Notes under the pieces: model-generated
Seen by the model: only the letters and a program-made list of their open reading frames with translations
What the model was told of the DNA's origin: nothing
The model's database searches: none
Assembly: GCF_006345805.1 (NCBI RefSeq)
Contig: NC_043011.1
Location: forward strand, 53,022,464-53,086,463
DNA: 64,000 nucleotides
Origin: Octopus sinensis
Taxonomy: Eukaryota
Direction: 5' to 3'
Program-made: the position numbers and the translations under genes
In this document: positions 38,596 to 53,029 of the stretch, one piece after another
How positions within the stretch are numbered: the stretch's first letter is position 1
Layout: each line of letters starts with the position of its first letter

Positions 38596-41500
38596 ACATA
38601 ATAATTTACTTCCCATTTTAGATATGTTACTCTCTTTTACTTGTTTCAGTCATTTTACTGCGGCCATGCTGGAGCACTGCCTTTAGTCGAGCAAATCGAC
38701 CCCAGGACTTATTCTTTGTAAGCCCAGTACTTATTCTATCGGTCTCTTTTGCCGAACCGCTAAGTCACGGGGATATAAACACACCAGCATCAGTTGTCAA
38801 GCAATGCTAGGGGGACAAACACAGACACATAAACATATACACACACACTTATATATATATATACATATATACGACAGGCTTCTTTCAGTTTCCGTCTACC
38901 AAATCCACTCACAAGGCATTGGTTGGCCCGGGGCTATAGCAGAAGACACTTGCCCAAGATGCCACGCAGTGGGACTGAACCCGGTACCATGTGGTTGGTT
39001 AGCAAGCTACTTACCACACAGCCACTCCTGCGCCTATATGTTACTTTCCTTATTGTTAAGGCTTGCCATGAATTTCCCCAGCTAAACTTCATGTTTACTC
39101 TGTGATTTCCATTAATTGTCTCCTCAGTGTGTTTATAGATTCTGATGTGTCGGAGAAGACAAAGAAGAACGTTTGTTCTTCCAAATTGGAAATGCATATA
39201 ATAGAATATAAATAATTAATTAAATACACAATCAACATAAATAAAGAGATTTGGATAATGATGCTGAGGAGCAAACAGAAGATTAATTAAGAAGTATTCC
39301 GTTGTGGAATGTAAAATTTCCCAGTTGTTAATTATAATTAATCAGCAAACGAGCGAGAGAGAGAGAGAGAGGGAGAGAGCTGTCAGGCATAAAAATGACA
39401 CTAGTTACACGAGGGTTCATTCAAAAATATATTTAGTATACATAATTAGGATAGATAATGGTGATCTCCAGTGAAGATGTTCATTATTAATATTAACGAT
39501 GAGTATAATCATTATTTGTTCTGCAAGAGATATGATTGCTATCAAGAGAATGATTAGTTGTTATTGCAGCTGTTGTTTTTGTTGATCAAGCAGAACTATG
39601 ATCAAAGGTATTCCACCCACAGCAATTCCATCCATCCATGGCACCCACCCACCCATGCCATGCATGCATACATATATGAAATATGATAAACAGAAAATGC
39701 AGTTCATGCCATTTGTTCCCAATGCACATTTCGCCGTTATCTACTCTCTTTTACTCTTTTTACTTGTTTCAGTCATTTGACTGCGGCCATGCTGGAGTGC
39801 CGCCTTTAGGCGAATCAAATCGTCCCCAGGACTTCTTATTCTTTGTAAGCCTAGTACTTATTCTATCGGTCTCTTTTTTGCCGAACTGCTAAGTTACGGG
39901 GGACCTAAACACACCAGCATCGGTTGTCAAGCGATGTTGGGTGGGGACAAACACAGATACACAACATATACACACACACACACACACAAAAAACACCATC
40001 CGAACGTGGCCGATGCCAGCGCCGCCTTGGCTGGTTTCCATGCCGGTGGCACGTTAAAAGCACCAACCGATCGTGGCCAATGCCAGACCCCCCCCTGGCA
40101 CCTGTGCAAGTGGCACGTAAAAAGCACCCACTACACTCGCGGAGTGGTTGGCGTTAGGAAGGGCATCCAGCTGTAGAAACACTGCCAGATTAGACTGGAG
40201 CCTGGTGCTGCCCCTGGCTTCCCAGACCCCGGTCGAACCGTCCAACCCGTGCTAGCGCGGAAAACGGACGTTAAACGATGATGATGATGATATATACTTT
40301 GATAGGTTTCGGCCATTATTGGCCCAGGCCATGTCTAACTTAATAGCACCACCTGTATACATACATACATATACATACCTGTATACATACATACATATAC
40401 ATACGACAGGCTTCTTTCAGTTTCCGTTTACCAAATCCACTCACAAGGCTTTGGTCAGCCCAAGTCTATAGTAGAAGACACTTGCCCAAGGTGCCACGCA
40501 GTGCGACTGAACCCGAAACCAAGCTACTTACCACACAGCCACTCCTGCGCCTATCTGTATATGTATGTGTCTGTGTGTGTTTAACAATAATGTATACATG
40601 TTTGTACATCAGTATCACCAAAATTGTAATGATCTACATGTGGTAAATAAACAGGAGGAAGAAAAATATTGTTGATTGGAATTTCCCTTTATTTTCATTG
40701 TTACAATGGCAGAAGACCACTTCTTTGAGGTGTTGTTCATGGATTATCTTTTAGTTCTATAGTCCAACTTGTAGGTAAAGTTTATCATTTGTTAACAGTC
40801 CCACTGCGTGGCATCTTGAGCAAGTGTCTTCTGCTATAGCCCCGGCTGACCAATGCCTTGTGAGTGGATTTGGTAGACGGAAACTGAAAGAAGCCTGTCG
40901 TATATATGTATATATATATGTATATGTATGTGTGTGTATATGTTTGTGTGTCTGTGTTTGTCCCCCTAGCATTGCTTGACAACCAATGTCCCCCGTCACT
41001 TAGCAGTTCGGCAAAAGAGACCGATAGAATAAGTACTGGGCTTACAAAGAATAAGTCCCGGGGTCGATTTACTCGACTAAAGGTGGTGCTCCAGCATAGC
41101 CGCAGTCAAATGACTGAAACAAGTAAGAGTAACTAGAAGGAGGGAGAAAAAGAGCTAGAGAGTCTACCTCTCTGGGCTGACAATTTCAAACATATAAGAG
41201 ATGGCTGTAATAGGACATCCGACTCACTAGAAAGAGCAGCCAAACTCCAAACCACTAATAGTTGTAATTCTGAAAGGGAAAGAGAAATAAAAACGTTTAC
41301 CCTATCCTTTCTGGACTATGCATAGTTTCAGCAATCTTTTGTAAATAAATAAAATAAAATAAAATTTATTTACCACTGGCGTTGCACTCATCAGCAGAAA
41401 AGCCAAGGACTACCATATATTCCCGAGGCGATAACGAGCAAGCCTCGAGTCTATATGCTATAAATTTTCAAAATCCACCGCATTCGTGCGGTTTTCTCAG

Positions 41501-42009
41501 CAGTAAATATAAACTGCCGATTTAATTTCAAACTGACAAGAAACAGAAAGTGAAAGTTGTATTGTCCCATGCAGACAAGCCATAGATGTGGTCTTCTAGT
41601 GAGAGACCAAATGAAAAGGAAGGAGAACTGAATGTTAATCTTGGTGTTCTTCTTCAATGAGCTTTGTATTAGTTCTCAGTGGACAATGGATCATGGGACA
41701 ACAGATGGTTTTTTAAGAAATTTTCTAATGCTAGATTTTAAAATAATCCAACGGCTAGATCTTGTAGTTTTAGTAGTTTATTTTGCATGTGTTCATTTTC
41801 AGCTTATATCTTTTTATTAAGTTTCTAAAGATATTCTTCATATATGGTGAGGGGCGAGGTTGGAATTATACATGAAATTTCAGCGGTTATAGACGGAGAA
41901 ACAATATGAAAATTAATAACATATATACATACATGAACACCATGTAGATATAGATGCATATACACAACCACACACACACACCATATATACATAAACGCCT
42001 ACTCACACA

Positions 42010-42096
<87 letters not shown>

Positions 42097-42345
42097 CTAC
42101 ACAATGACATACACACCACACATAAATTCACACACATACACCTTATAAACTGACTGACACACACACATTTTCGTCTCAACAGAAAAAAATACGAATATAT
42201 GAACTCAGACTTGAAAAGGTTTCTTTTTTTGTTTGTGTATGACTTTTTAGACATATGTACTATCTTTCAGAAATGAATATTAGTGACAAAGGCATTATTA
42301 ATACAGAGAAATAATATTTATCCCCACTTAAACTTGGATGTTAGT

Positions 42346-42890
42346 TAGTTAGTTAGTTAATTTGGCTCAAAAGCAAATAGCAAGGCCATGTAGGGGGACA
42401 TGGAGTTAAGTACAGGGTGGTATTCATGTAAAGAGTTCAGGCCACTTGAGGTCAAGGGAGGCTTTGAACAAAGCGGTTGTCGGCATCTTCACCATCTCGT
42501 CTGGCAGCTTGTTCCACGGATCTGCAACCCGGACGGAGAAAGCTCCTCTCCTTCGATTGAGATGAAATCGTCGCAGGTACAGCTTTTCGGAGTGACCCCG
42601 CAGCCGACGCTCTGGAGCAGGAGTGAAGAACAGCTCTTTCGAGAGGTTACACTTTCCACTTATGATGTTGTGAGCGAGAATGAGATCACCACGGCAGCGG
42701 CGTTTTTCAAGAGAATAAAGGTCGAGCGTCCTCAGCCTTTCTTCATAGGACAAATTTTTGAGACCATGAACCATGCGGGTAGCCAGCTTCTGGACTCTTT
42801 CGAGATGCTGTATGTCTTTGAGGAGATAAGGAGAAGAGGCTTGAATCCCGTACTCCAATATGGGTCTCACCAGCGTGACATAGATGTTCT
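42346..42890 (-). mobile_element. CR1-clade LINE 3' fragment
   Basis: RPILEYG...LERVQKLATRMV.GLKNLSYEERL...RGDLI...WNKLP, ending in a (TAAC)n tail. Confidence 0.88.
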
Positions 42891-44805
42891 GTTAGAATAA
42901 ACTGTACTGCAGTAAAGTTTACTTTTGGTGCAAAATGCAGGATCTTTTCCGGATCTTTTCCTTTTGATGGACGGAATTTCTAGTTAACTAAACAATTTGA
43001 AACTTCGTATACTGGTAGAACGTGTCAAAAGAAAACATTATTTTCACTTGGCTTTTTTGAGAAAATTGTTATTTGTAAGTTTAACGTAGTTTAATTCTTC
43101 GAATTTTAACCAATGAAATGCCAGCATTTCCAAAATGCATGCTTGTTTATATCACTAACGAGGAGATAAATCCTTGCCATCTCCAGCACCAAGACCACCA
43201 AACCATCACTATCTTTAAGATACTGTGTTAGCTTACTAGTGTTTTTTTTTTATTTCTCCATATACAACAAATGTATATTTTCGTATCCTGTTGTGGCGTC
43301 ACAATATCATTAGGGCAAATAAGACTTCATGCGATTGCCTGACCTTCCAGAAAACTAAATAACTAAACTTCTCTCAAATCATCTACCACCATCTTGGTAA
43401 AAAAAAAAAAAACCCTTAAAAACCACATTGAATAATATAGGCATTTAGTTAAACTGATTCACAAAACGAGCCCCCTTTTAATTTTGCTCAGATTGTTTTC
43501 AATTTTGGTGTATCGATGGGTCTGAATTTTGATTTCGCTCAACTAATTACTTTATCTCGTAAATTAAAGAATCTGATGTTATTTTGTTGCAACGAATGCC
43601 TTTCAGTTTAAACTCGGTTTGACCAGAATGAGTCATTCTGTTTTTTTATTGAAGATGCAGAACAATATTATTTAATGTGTCCGTCATTATTAGGATGATT
43701 ATTCCAGTTATATGACCAACTGAACTAGTTACACATTCAGCTGGTACTTATTTTATCAACCCTCAAAGGATGAAAGGCAAAGTCAGCCTAGGTGGAATTT
43801 GAACTCAGAATGTAAAGCATTTTGCTCAGTGTGTTAATGATTCTGTCAGCTTGTAGTCTTATTAATATAACAAATTTTTAAAAAACAATAATAGTAACAT
43901 ACAAAACACTATAGAAATCAGTGATGAGACAAAAGAAACAGTAAGAGGATACGTGGTGACTTTATTAGGTAACAGGTAATTTCACAGACGCTAAACTATA
44001 AATTTCACAGGGTACAACCTTAAAGTTGACACCGCTACAATGCAAAAAGTTTCTCACTATTGGCTAAAAATACATTTTTTTTTAATTTTTAAAACTCTGT
44101 AACTTTTTCCTCAATTTTTTTTCTCTTGGGTTCATAGCAATAAGAGTGGAAAACTACATCAATATAACCGATTTTCAGATTTTTTACTCCTTTTAAAAAA
44201 AATGCAGATTCTGTGAATCAAATCGACTAGATCCTGTCCTACATACACTCTATCATACAAAAAAAAAAAAAAATACTGAATGATGTTGGCTAGAATGCTT
44301 TTGATCAAAGGTCTCCTGGATGGGACCAGGGAAAAACGTCATGATTTAACAAGGAAAATTCTATAAATTTTTTTTCCTAGTAACTTTTTTTCCAACTCTA
44401 ACTTCTGCTCTTTGTATGTGTGGATAGAAAAAGGATAAAGAGAGTGTGTGTAGGTGTTTGAATGTGTGGGTGTTTGCGTGTGTGAGAGAGAGTGTGGGTG
44501 TTGTTGTGTGGGTGTGAAAGAGAGAGAGAATGTGGGTGTTTGTGTGAGTGTGAACGTGTGTACGCACGCGTGCGTGTGTGTGTTTCTGCTAGTGTTTAAA
44601 TCTACGTTTATTAGTTAAGTTAAAAGGTAACTTCAAAGTGTGTGTGTGTGCATGTATACGCAGTACATCGTAAACTCAGCTGAAATGTTTGATTTTATTT
44701 TCTATTTTGATTTGATTATACGAATTTAGAGGAGTAAACGCAAGGAGAGAGAGAGAGAAGAGTTTTAAAGAAAAAGACCGGGGATTAGAAAGGAAGGGAG
44801 TTAAA

Positions 44806-45250
44806 TTGAAACTCCGACGTCTGGCAGCTGACTTGGCAGACACCCATAAAATTATCAACCATCGTACAAACAATAACTCTGAGCACCTTTTCAAACTCCA
44901 CCCATCTAACACCCGTGGACATATTTACAAAGTAAGAAAACAGTACAGCTCCCATGACTTCAGGAAACATTTTTTCACGCTGAGAGTTGCTGAAGCATGG
45001 AACAAACTGCCGGCATCAGTTGTTAGTTGTCGGAGCACTGCATCCTTCAAAACTTCCATGCTTTCTGAGATCCGCCAACACTACACCTGATTTTCTCCCC
45101 TCCATACACACACAAGCATGTATCTGACTCATACATTGTTCACTTTCCAGACATTTCTACATTACTGCATATACTTTATATGCACTTTCTGACAAGTTGT
45201 GGTGCACCTGAGCACTGTATACAATAATTTTCATTGTTATTATTATTTTA
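44806..45250 (+). mobile_element. CR1-clade LINE 3' fragment
   Basis: NTRGHIYKVRKQ...FFTLRVAEAWNKLPASVV...SFK; 3' UTR ends in (TTA)n. Confidence 0.82.
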
Positions 45251-47329
45251 AATGAAAGAGCTTAAAAGAGTAAAACTGAGTGCATGGGTAGAAATGGACA
45301 AGGAGATATAGAGACAAAGAAATAAGGATAGAAAAAGGATAAAAAGATTATAAAGAGAAAGACAAACGGTGCGTGAACAGAATTGAACAGTTCGTGAGAG
45401 AGGGGTATATACCAATGGGTACATGAAGAAAAAATAGACAGGAGTTAAAAGATATTAGAAAAGGTTAAAGGAGAAAGTAGACAGTACTGGCATACCCTCA
45501 ACTTACATCGTTTCGTGTTACGTCATTTTTAACTTGGTCGTTTTTTTTTTTTAAAGAAATTAATGGAAAAAACTTCCCTTAACTTTAGTCGACTTTATCC
45601 AACTTTATGTCAGTCTCAGCGAACATATTTAACAGCATAAATGTTAGAAAAAAAAAGAACCCACCTTTAATAACCAATGCTGAAGTGGAAAATCAAATAA
45701 AATACATGTGAAAATATGTACAAACCATTTATTTATCAAAACAGATATAAGCTAATAAAAATTTTTGAATGTTTTTTTTCGTGTTACGTCATTTTCCGAG
45801 TTAAGTCGCATGTCTTGGCACTAATTACTGACGTAAGTTGCAGTATGCCTGATTTAGAAAAGGTTAAAGTAGTGTGTCAATATAAATAGAAAATGATAGA
45901 CAGTGTGTATGTGAATATAAATAGGAGAGTGAATTTTAAAGTGAAGGAGAGAAAGGAGAGAAGGAACGGATTCATTTGAACATGAACAGACTTAAGAGAG
46001 AAAGATGTAGACCACAATGATGGGTAGATAGATAGATAGATAGATAGATCAGTGGTTCCCAGCTGGGGTCCATATAAGATCTTAGAGTTTATGTACAATA
46101 AACTGGTTATACTTACTCTCTTTTACTCTTTTAGTTGTTTCAGTCATTTGACTGCGGCCATGCTGGAGCACCGCCTTTAGTCGAGAAAATCGACCCCGGG
46201 ACTTATTCTTTTGTAAGCCCAGTACTTATTCTATCGGTCTCTTTTGCCGAACCGCTAAGTGACGGGGACGTAAACACACCAGCATCGGTTGTCAAGCAAT
46301 GCTAGGGGGACAAACACACACACATACATATACATATATACGACAGGCTTCTTTCAGTTCAAATCCACTCACAAGACATTGGTCGACCCGGGGCTATAGC
46401 AGAAGACACTTGCCCAAGATGCCACGCAGTGGGACTGAACCCAGAACCATGTGGTTGGTTAGCAAGCTACTTACCACACAGCCACTCCTGCACAATATTT
46501 TTTTTAAATACAATTCCTAACGATATTTAATTATGAAAACACAGGAGGATTTTTATACACTTTCCATTAACTGAAACCTCCAGAATGTGGGAGGGAGCAA
46601 AGGAGTCACAGACTGTGGAGACCCAAATGAGGCACTTACCTCTAACCCAGGGACAAGAGGGTAAGACAATCTGGTCTCTTTCCACCACTTCTGAATAATT
46701 CCGACGGCTCCAGAACTGAGGGGATACTGATCCGAGCCGGGGGCCGCTTAATGATTAAGTTTAGCTCGGTGTGACGAACGAAGCGACCAGCATTTAGGCA
46801 GCAAGACAGACCGTGAAAACCTGTGGTGTCGAGGGGCCTGTCACAGCGGCATCTCAGTCCCCTACAGACGTCAGCTCTCGCTCGGAGTGCGATAGAGATG
46901 CAGAGTTCATCTAGACTGAGTAGACCTCTGGATAATATATATATATTCGTGTTTGTTCATTCAATTATTCAGTTACTTTGCACGTTGTTATGGCCCCTCC
47001 ACTATGTTTTCTCTTAAAAGTTTTGAATTAATTCTTTCCAATCTAACAAAACCGAAAGGACAATACGGATGTGAATACTACTGATAATAACAAAACAAAC
47101 GGAAAACAATAACTTTAGAAACAAAATATGAGACTTTATATATGAACAATAAATGGGAAAAACTGTTAAGGATTTATGTTCAAAATTTTCTTTGGGTCAG
47201 TCAACTGTATGATTTTAATAGATAAAGAAAAAAATATTTGAATGGAATTAAAAGGGCGCACTCCTTGCAATCTACGAAGATACGTAATAATGTAGTGGTC
47301 AATCTTATTCCGCGTATTTATCAACACGG

Positions 47330-48450
47330 ATGACCGATGAAACACAACGATAAAAACACGTCAATTATGCAAGCTGTCATTTGTGCTAAAACCTTATCTA
47401 TTTTTAAGAGGCTTGAAGGTAAGAAAGCAAGCGATGGTGCAGAAACATTTACTGCAAGCAACGGTTGGGTTTTTTTTTATAGCTGGCTTGCATAATGTGT
47501 CAGCAAGAAGCAGCTAATATATTTCCGAAAAAAAAGAAAAAATTAGAAGATATAATTGAATATGATTAGACATGCTCACAAATTGCTAATGTGGATGAAA
47601 CGAGCTTATTTTCGAAATGCTTACCAGCAAGAAGCCACATTGCAAAAGAAAGAAAAATAAATTATCGATGCCAGGTTTTAAAGTAACTAAAGATCGGTTA
47701 ACGTTATTGTTGGAAGATAATGCAGCAGAAGACCATAGGTTAAAGCTCATACTTGTGCATCGTGACGAAAATCCTAGGGTACTTAAAAGCCTCATAAAAG
47801 ATACTCTTCTAGTAGTATGGAAGGCAGATAAAAGTTTAAAAAAAAAAACGTTCCTGGATTATTGCTCTACTGTTTGAAAATTGCTTTTTTTTGTATTACT
47901 TTGAATCTAATATTCCATTTCATGTGCTACTGATCGTAGATAATGTACTTTGTCATCCACAATCTTTACAACATCACTATCTAAATGCAAGATTAATATT
48001 TATGCTACCAAATACAACATCACTGGTGCAAACAATGGACTTCGGCTTTATAACAATTTTTAAAGCATATTATCTTCGGTACACATTCTATCAGTTAATA
48101 AAATGCTTTTGACATTGGAAGGAGGCTTTACGCAAAGAGGAATCTGGAAATCATCCAGTGTTCTAGAAACAGCAAGAAAAGAAATAATGGATAAAAGGAA
48201 GCTGAAACCAATTACAGGAGAAAATATAAAAAAAAACTGTTGGGAACAAACACTGCTCTCAGTTTATTGATAGGTTTGAGGGACTTGAAAAACCAGTAGA
48301 GATTGTTTGAAATAAAACAGAAGTGTTCGTTTAATTTATTTATAAATTGAACCTTGATACTTCTACGAATAATCTGCTTCAGCTACATGACCGAGAACTC
48401 ACAAATGAAATCCTTACTGAAATGAAAGAACATCAAGAAACTCTTGTTTA
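47330..48450 (+). pseudogene. Decayed Tigger/pogo (DDE_1) transposase
   Basis: PGFKVTKDRLTLLL..NA...LKLILVHR.ENPRVLK and LLIVDNVLCHP...FMLPNTTSLVQTMDFGFITIFKAYYLR, with frameshifts. Confidence 0.8.
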
Positions 48451-50868
48451 TTTTTTTCGTTCTTTAAGGGCTTGGCTAAATCTTAGCGTGCCCTGGAAAA
48501 GCTAAAATTTTTAGGAGCCAAGATTCAAATCTTAGCGAAGGTAAAGAATACGCACGTCGGTGGTCAGGGTTAGGGTTAGGATTTTTGTTATGCCGAAAAA
48601 GTGGGGTTTACGAATTCTTTACCTCCGCCCAAATCTTGAGTGAAACAAAAGTTGCTACAACCCTAAGTAATTTGTGAATTAATTTGTAATAGAAGAAAAA
48701 GAGAGAAAAGACTGTTTTGGAAACAAAGATATCTTAAAATATTTTTTTTATTTCATCATCATCATCATCATCATCATCGTTTAGCATCCGCTTTCCATGC
48801 TGGCATGGGTTGGACGGTGCAACCGGGGTCTGTGAAGCCAGAAGGCTGCACCAGGCCCAGTCTGATCTGGTAATGTTTCTACGGCTGGATTCCCTTCCTA
48901 ACTCCAACCACTCCTTGAGTGTAGTGGGTGCTTTTTACGTGCCACCTGCACAGGTGCCAGACAAGTCTGGCAAACGACCACGAACGGATGGTGCTTTTTA
49001 CGTGCCACCGGCACGGAAGCCAGTCAGGGCGGCACTGGCAACGGCCACGTTTGGATGGTTCTCTTATCTCTTATATATATCTAAAAAAAAAAAAAGGAAA
49101 AAGAAAAGGCTATTATTTTAATTGAACCGCAAAGCAACAATGAATGGACCCAAAGCGATGGGCAGAGCAACATCACGCGATGAATGAATGCATCAACAAT
49201 AACAATATTTGTTTCAAATCTTGGCACAAAGGTCAGCAACTTTGTAGGGAGAAGTAAGTCGATTACACCGACCTCAGTACTCAGCTGATACTTATTTTAT
49301 CGACCCCGAAAGGATTAAAGGTAAAGCCGACCTCGGCGGAATTTGAACTCAGAACATAAAGACAGAAGAAGCTGATACTTATTTTATCGACTCCAAAAGG
49401 ATTAAAGGTAAAGCCTACCTCGGCGGAATTTGAACTCAGAACGTAAAGACAGAAGAAGCTGATACTTATTTTATCGACCCCGAAAGGATTAAAGGTAAAG
49501 CTGACCTCGGCGGAATTTGAACTCAGAACGTAAAGACAGAAGAAATATCGGTAAGCATTTTGCCCGACTTGCTAACCATTCTGCCGGCTCGCTGCCTTAT
49601 ACTATCATTATTATTATTATTATGGCCCCCATACTGTAAAGCAGTGCTTCTCAAAATATCTTATGTGGCGTACCTGCAGTTCTTTTTTTTTTCCAATGTG
49701 CCAGGGACCGGTAATATTTCTTAGTAATATTAATTTATACCGGAAACGATATATATAATGAATATATAAAAGTGAGGTTGTGTGCTGTCTGTCTCCTACG
49801 ATTTAGATTCCTAACTACTCCCACATTTTGCGGTGCAGTTTAACCAAAACCGGGTATTTTATAGTCGTGATTCATATCGAGACCGTCTGGGTATTAGCGC
49901 GCGTCTACGATGAGTCTACGATTTAAAAAAAAATTTACCATAAATATTTCCCATTTTTAATGCATTTTTGGCATATATAGGGGAAGTAACTCTCTAAAAA
50001 TTTATTATTAAATCTTAGAACGTAAAAAGCTACAGTAATACCCCCACCCTTGTGGTTAGCCATATTGAGATGGCTATTATACTTTACATCTCTAAAAATG
50101 CTTATATAGTTATTTCCCTTACAAATCCGAGCAACGCCGGGCGATACTGCTAGTAATGAATATAATAAAAGCTGATAGTTTTTTTATGTTCTATTTATTT
50201 TGAAAACAAATAATGCAATGTTACATAAGCATTTTATAACATTTCTTTCTTTTCTGGAAACTTGCCACGTTCCGGCAGCTGACGGCTCGCGGACCGGCAC
50301 CGGTCCGTGGACCACCACTTTGAGTAGCACAGCTGTAAAGTCACGGAAATCTGGAAGCTCCATAAATTGAAATGGAAAGATTCCTTTCAGAATCATAATC
50401 TCCGTATTTTTCCGCATATTTTGAGAAAAAAAATTCGGAAAAAAGTTAAAAATGAAGAATTTAGGTGTGTATGTGTGGGGGGTAATTTCAAAATGCCGAT
50501 TTTTGTCAATTTTTTTTTTGCAGGTTCGTATTCTCCGTAGAAAAAAAATTTAATAAAAAAAGTGGGGTTTTTGCGTCTGTGCAAAAGGAAGCCTTGCCAT
50601 TGAAATATTGTATGTAATCTTTTCGGCCTTCTAAGGTCTCGTGTTTTCATTTTATTGTTACCATTGCGTTTTTGAGATTGTCTGGACTGCGCAGATAGTA
50701 ATTTTGTGTAGAAACATCTCCTGTTTTGCAGGGGGTACGCATCAATATTTTTGAAACCTTTACAACATTCGGAAAAAATAATGTAAAGACCGTGCGATGC
50801 GAGGTAACGAGAATGAATCTCAGGTACATCACACAGCCCTTACAATAAATATAAGAAAGAATAATGGC

Positions 50869-51270
50869 GATCTTTCGTCTCTAGTAGACCTTTCCGTCGA
50901 TTTCCGTAAAAAAATATTTTTTTTTACATATGGGCTTGCGGGAACTTTTGAAGTAATATACATACATATACACATATACCGAGTAAAAAATTTCAGTTAT
51001 CTCTTTCTTTCACACATTTAACAGAAGCACTTCACTTACACAACATACTGTCTGTCTCCCACACCCCATCAAACACACGCACACACACACACACATGTAC
51101 ATCAATGCTTGCCATGCACGGTAACTTCAAAAGAACTTCTCTCGTCATAAAATGGCTTTCTCTTAGTCTCTTTCGCTCTCATTACTTCAAAAGTTCCCGC
51201 AAGCCCATATGTAAAAAAAAAAAAAAATTACGGAAATCGACGGAAAGGTCTACTAGAGACGAAAGATTGC
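50869..51270. mobile_element. MITE-like element with about 90-bp TIRs
   Basis: 50869-50956 is the reverse complement of about 51181-51268. Confidence 0.7.
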
Positions 51271-52399
51271 CAGAATAATACATATAAGTGCCAGGGAGAA
51301 AAAGAGTAAGACAACCGAATAGAATGTTTAAAAGAAGATTTATTGATATGTTAATGTGTGTGTCTGTGTGTGCGTCACGCATACAGAATAATAGACAGGC
51401 CGTCATGAGAACAAATGTGTGTGTATAGGCATGGATGTATACGTGTGTGTTAAGTACATATAAGAATAGCAATAAAGAAGTAAAATAGTGAAAGAGTCTA
51501 TAATGAGAAGTTAGACGAATGATCAGAGGCACAAGAATGAGAAATACCAGTTTCGTAGTCAATTGTACACGGTACTCTTTTACTCTTTTACTTGTTTCAG
51601 TCATTTGGCTGTGGCCATGCAGGAGCACCGCCTTTTAGTCGAGCAAATCGACCCCAGGACTTATTCTTTATAAGCCTAGTACTTAATCTAGTTACGGGGA
51701 CGTAAACACACCAGCATTGGTTGTCAAGCGATGTTGGGGGGACAAACACAGACACACAAACATATACACACACACATACATACATATATATATATATACA
51801 TATATACGACGGGCTTCTTTCTGTTTCTGTCTACCAAATCCACTCACAAGGCTTTGGTCGGCCCGAGGCTATAGTAGAAGACACTCGCCCAAGGTGTCAC
51901 GCAGTGAGACTGAACCCAGCACCATGTGGTTCGTAAGCAAGCTACTACCACACAGCCACTCCGTATATAATGTAATCAACTTAACTCTTCAACCAGAAAT
52001 TACTGACCTTGTGTCAAAATTTGAAAGCAATATTAAACAGGTATAATAATTATAATTTCAGTTTCAAATTTCATATTGGTCTTATGAAATAATGAAATGA
52101 ATTCTAAATTTCAAAATAAAAATATTTTAAAGCAAAAATTAAATTAAGCAAATTTCTCATGAAATATATGTTATCAATAACTCTAATGCTGTTAACTTAC
52201 AAATTAATAACAGATCTAACATTATCTGATATTGCCTGCAGTATTAAAAATATTCTCAACATTATCTGTCAGATTATTAGTAACATTCCAGGTTATTTCT
52301 ACCTTTTACTTCTTTCGGTGTCTTCTACTATAGCCTTGGGCCAACCAAAGCCTTGTGAGTGGATTTGGTAGACAGAAACTGAAAGAAGCCCATTGTGTG

Positions 52400-52401
52400 T
52401 G

Positions 52402-52432
<31 letters not shown>

Positions 52433-52978
52433 TTATGTGTCTGTATTTGTCCCCCAACATCGCTTGACAACCAATGCTGGTGTGTTTATGTCCCTGTAAC
52501 TTAGTGGTTTGGCAAAAGAGACCGATAAAATAAGTACTAGGCTTACAAAGAATAAGTCCTGGGGTCAATTTGCTCGACTAAAGGCGGTGCTCCAGCATGG
52601 CCATAGTCAAATGACTGAAACAAGTAAAAGAGTATTGCATATTATAATCAGTTTTTCACTGATACTTAATTTATTGACCCCGAAAGGATGAAGGCACAAT
52701 TGACCTCGGTGGAATGTTTGCATATTATAACAATACAAGTATTTTCATACTTTCCACAATCCTCAGGTTCATGTACTCATAATAGCAGCATTAAGTGACT
52801 ACTGCTACTACATCAACCTGAAGATTATGGAAAGCATCAAACTAATTGTATTATCGTTATATGGAATATTGGAAAATTGGAAACACACAAAAATAAAACA
52901 TGAAACTCAGATTATGTAGCAATGTCATTGACTAATATATTTACCTGTACAGTCATACAAACACTGGTACATATATAT

Positions 52979-53029
<51 letters not shown>

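Noticed and set aside
46636-46650. CTAACCC as a telomerase RNA template
   Set aside because: Only 7 nt, it lies within a hairpin, and no pseudoknot, CR4/5 or H/ACA domain was found by eye.
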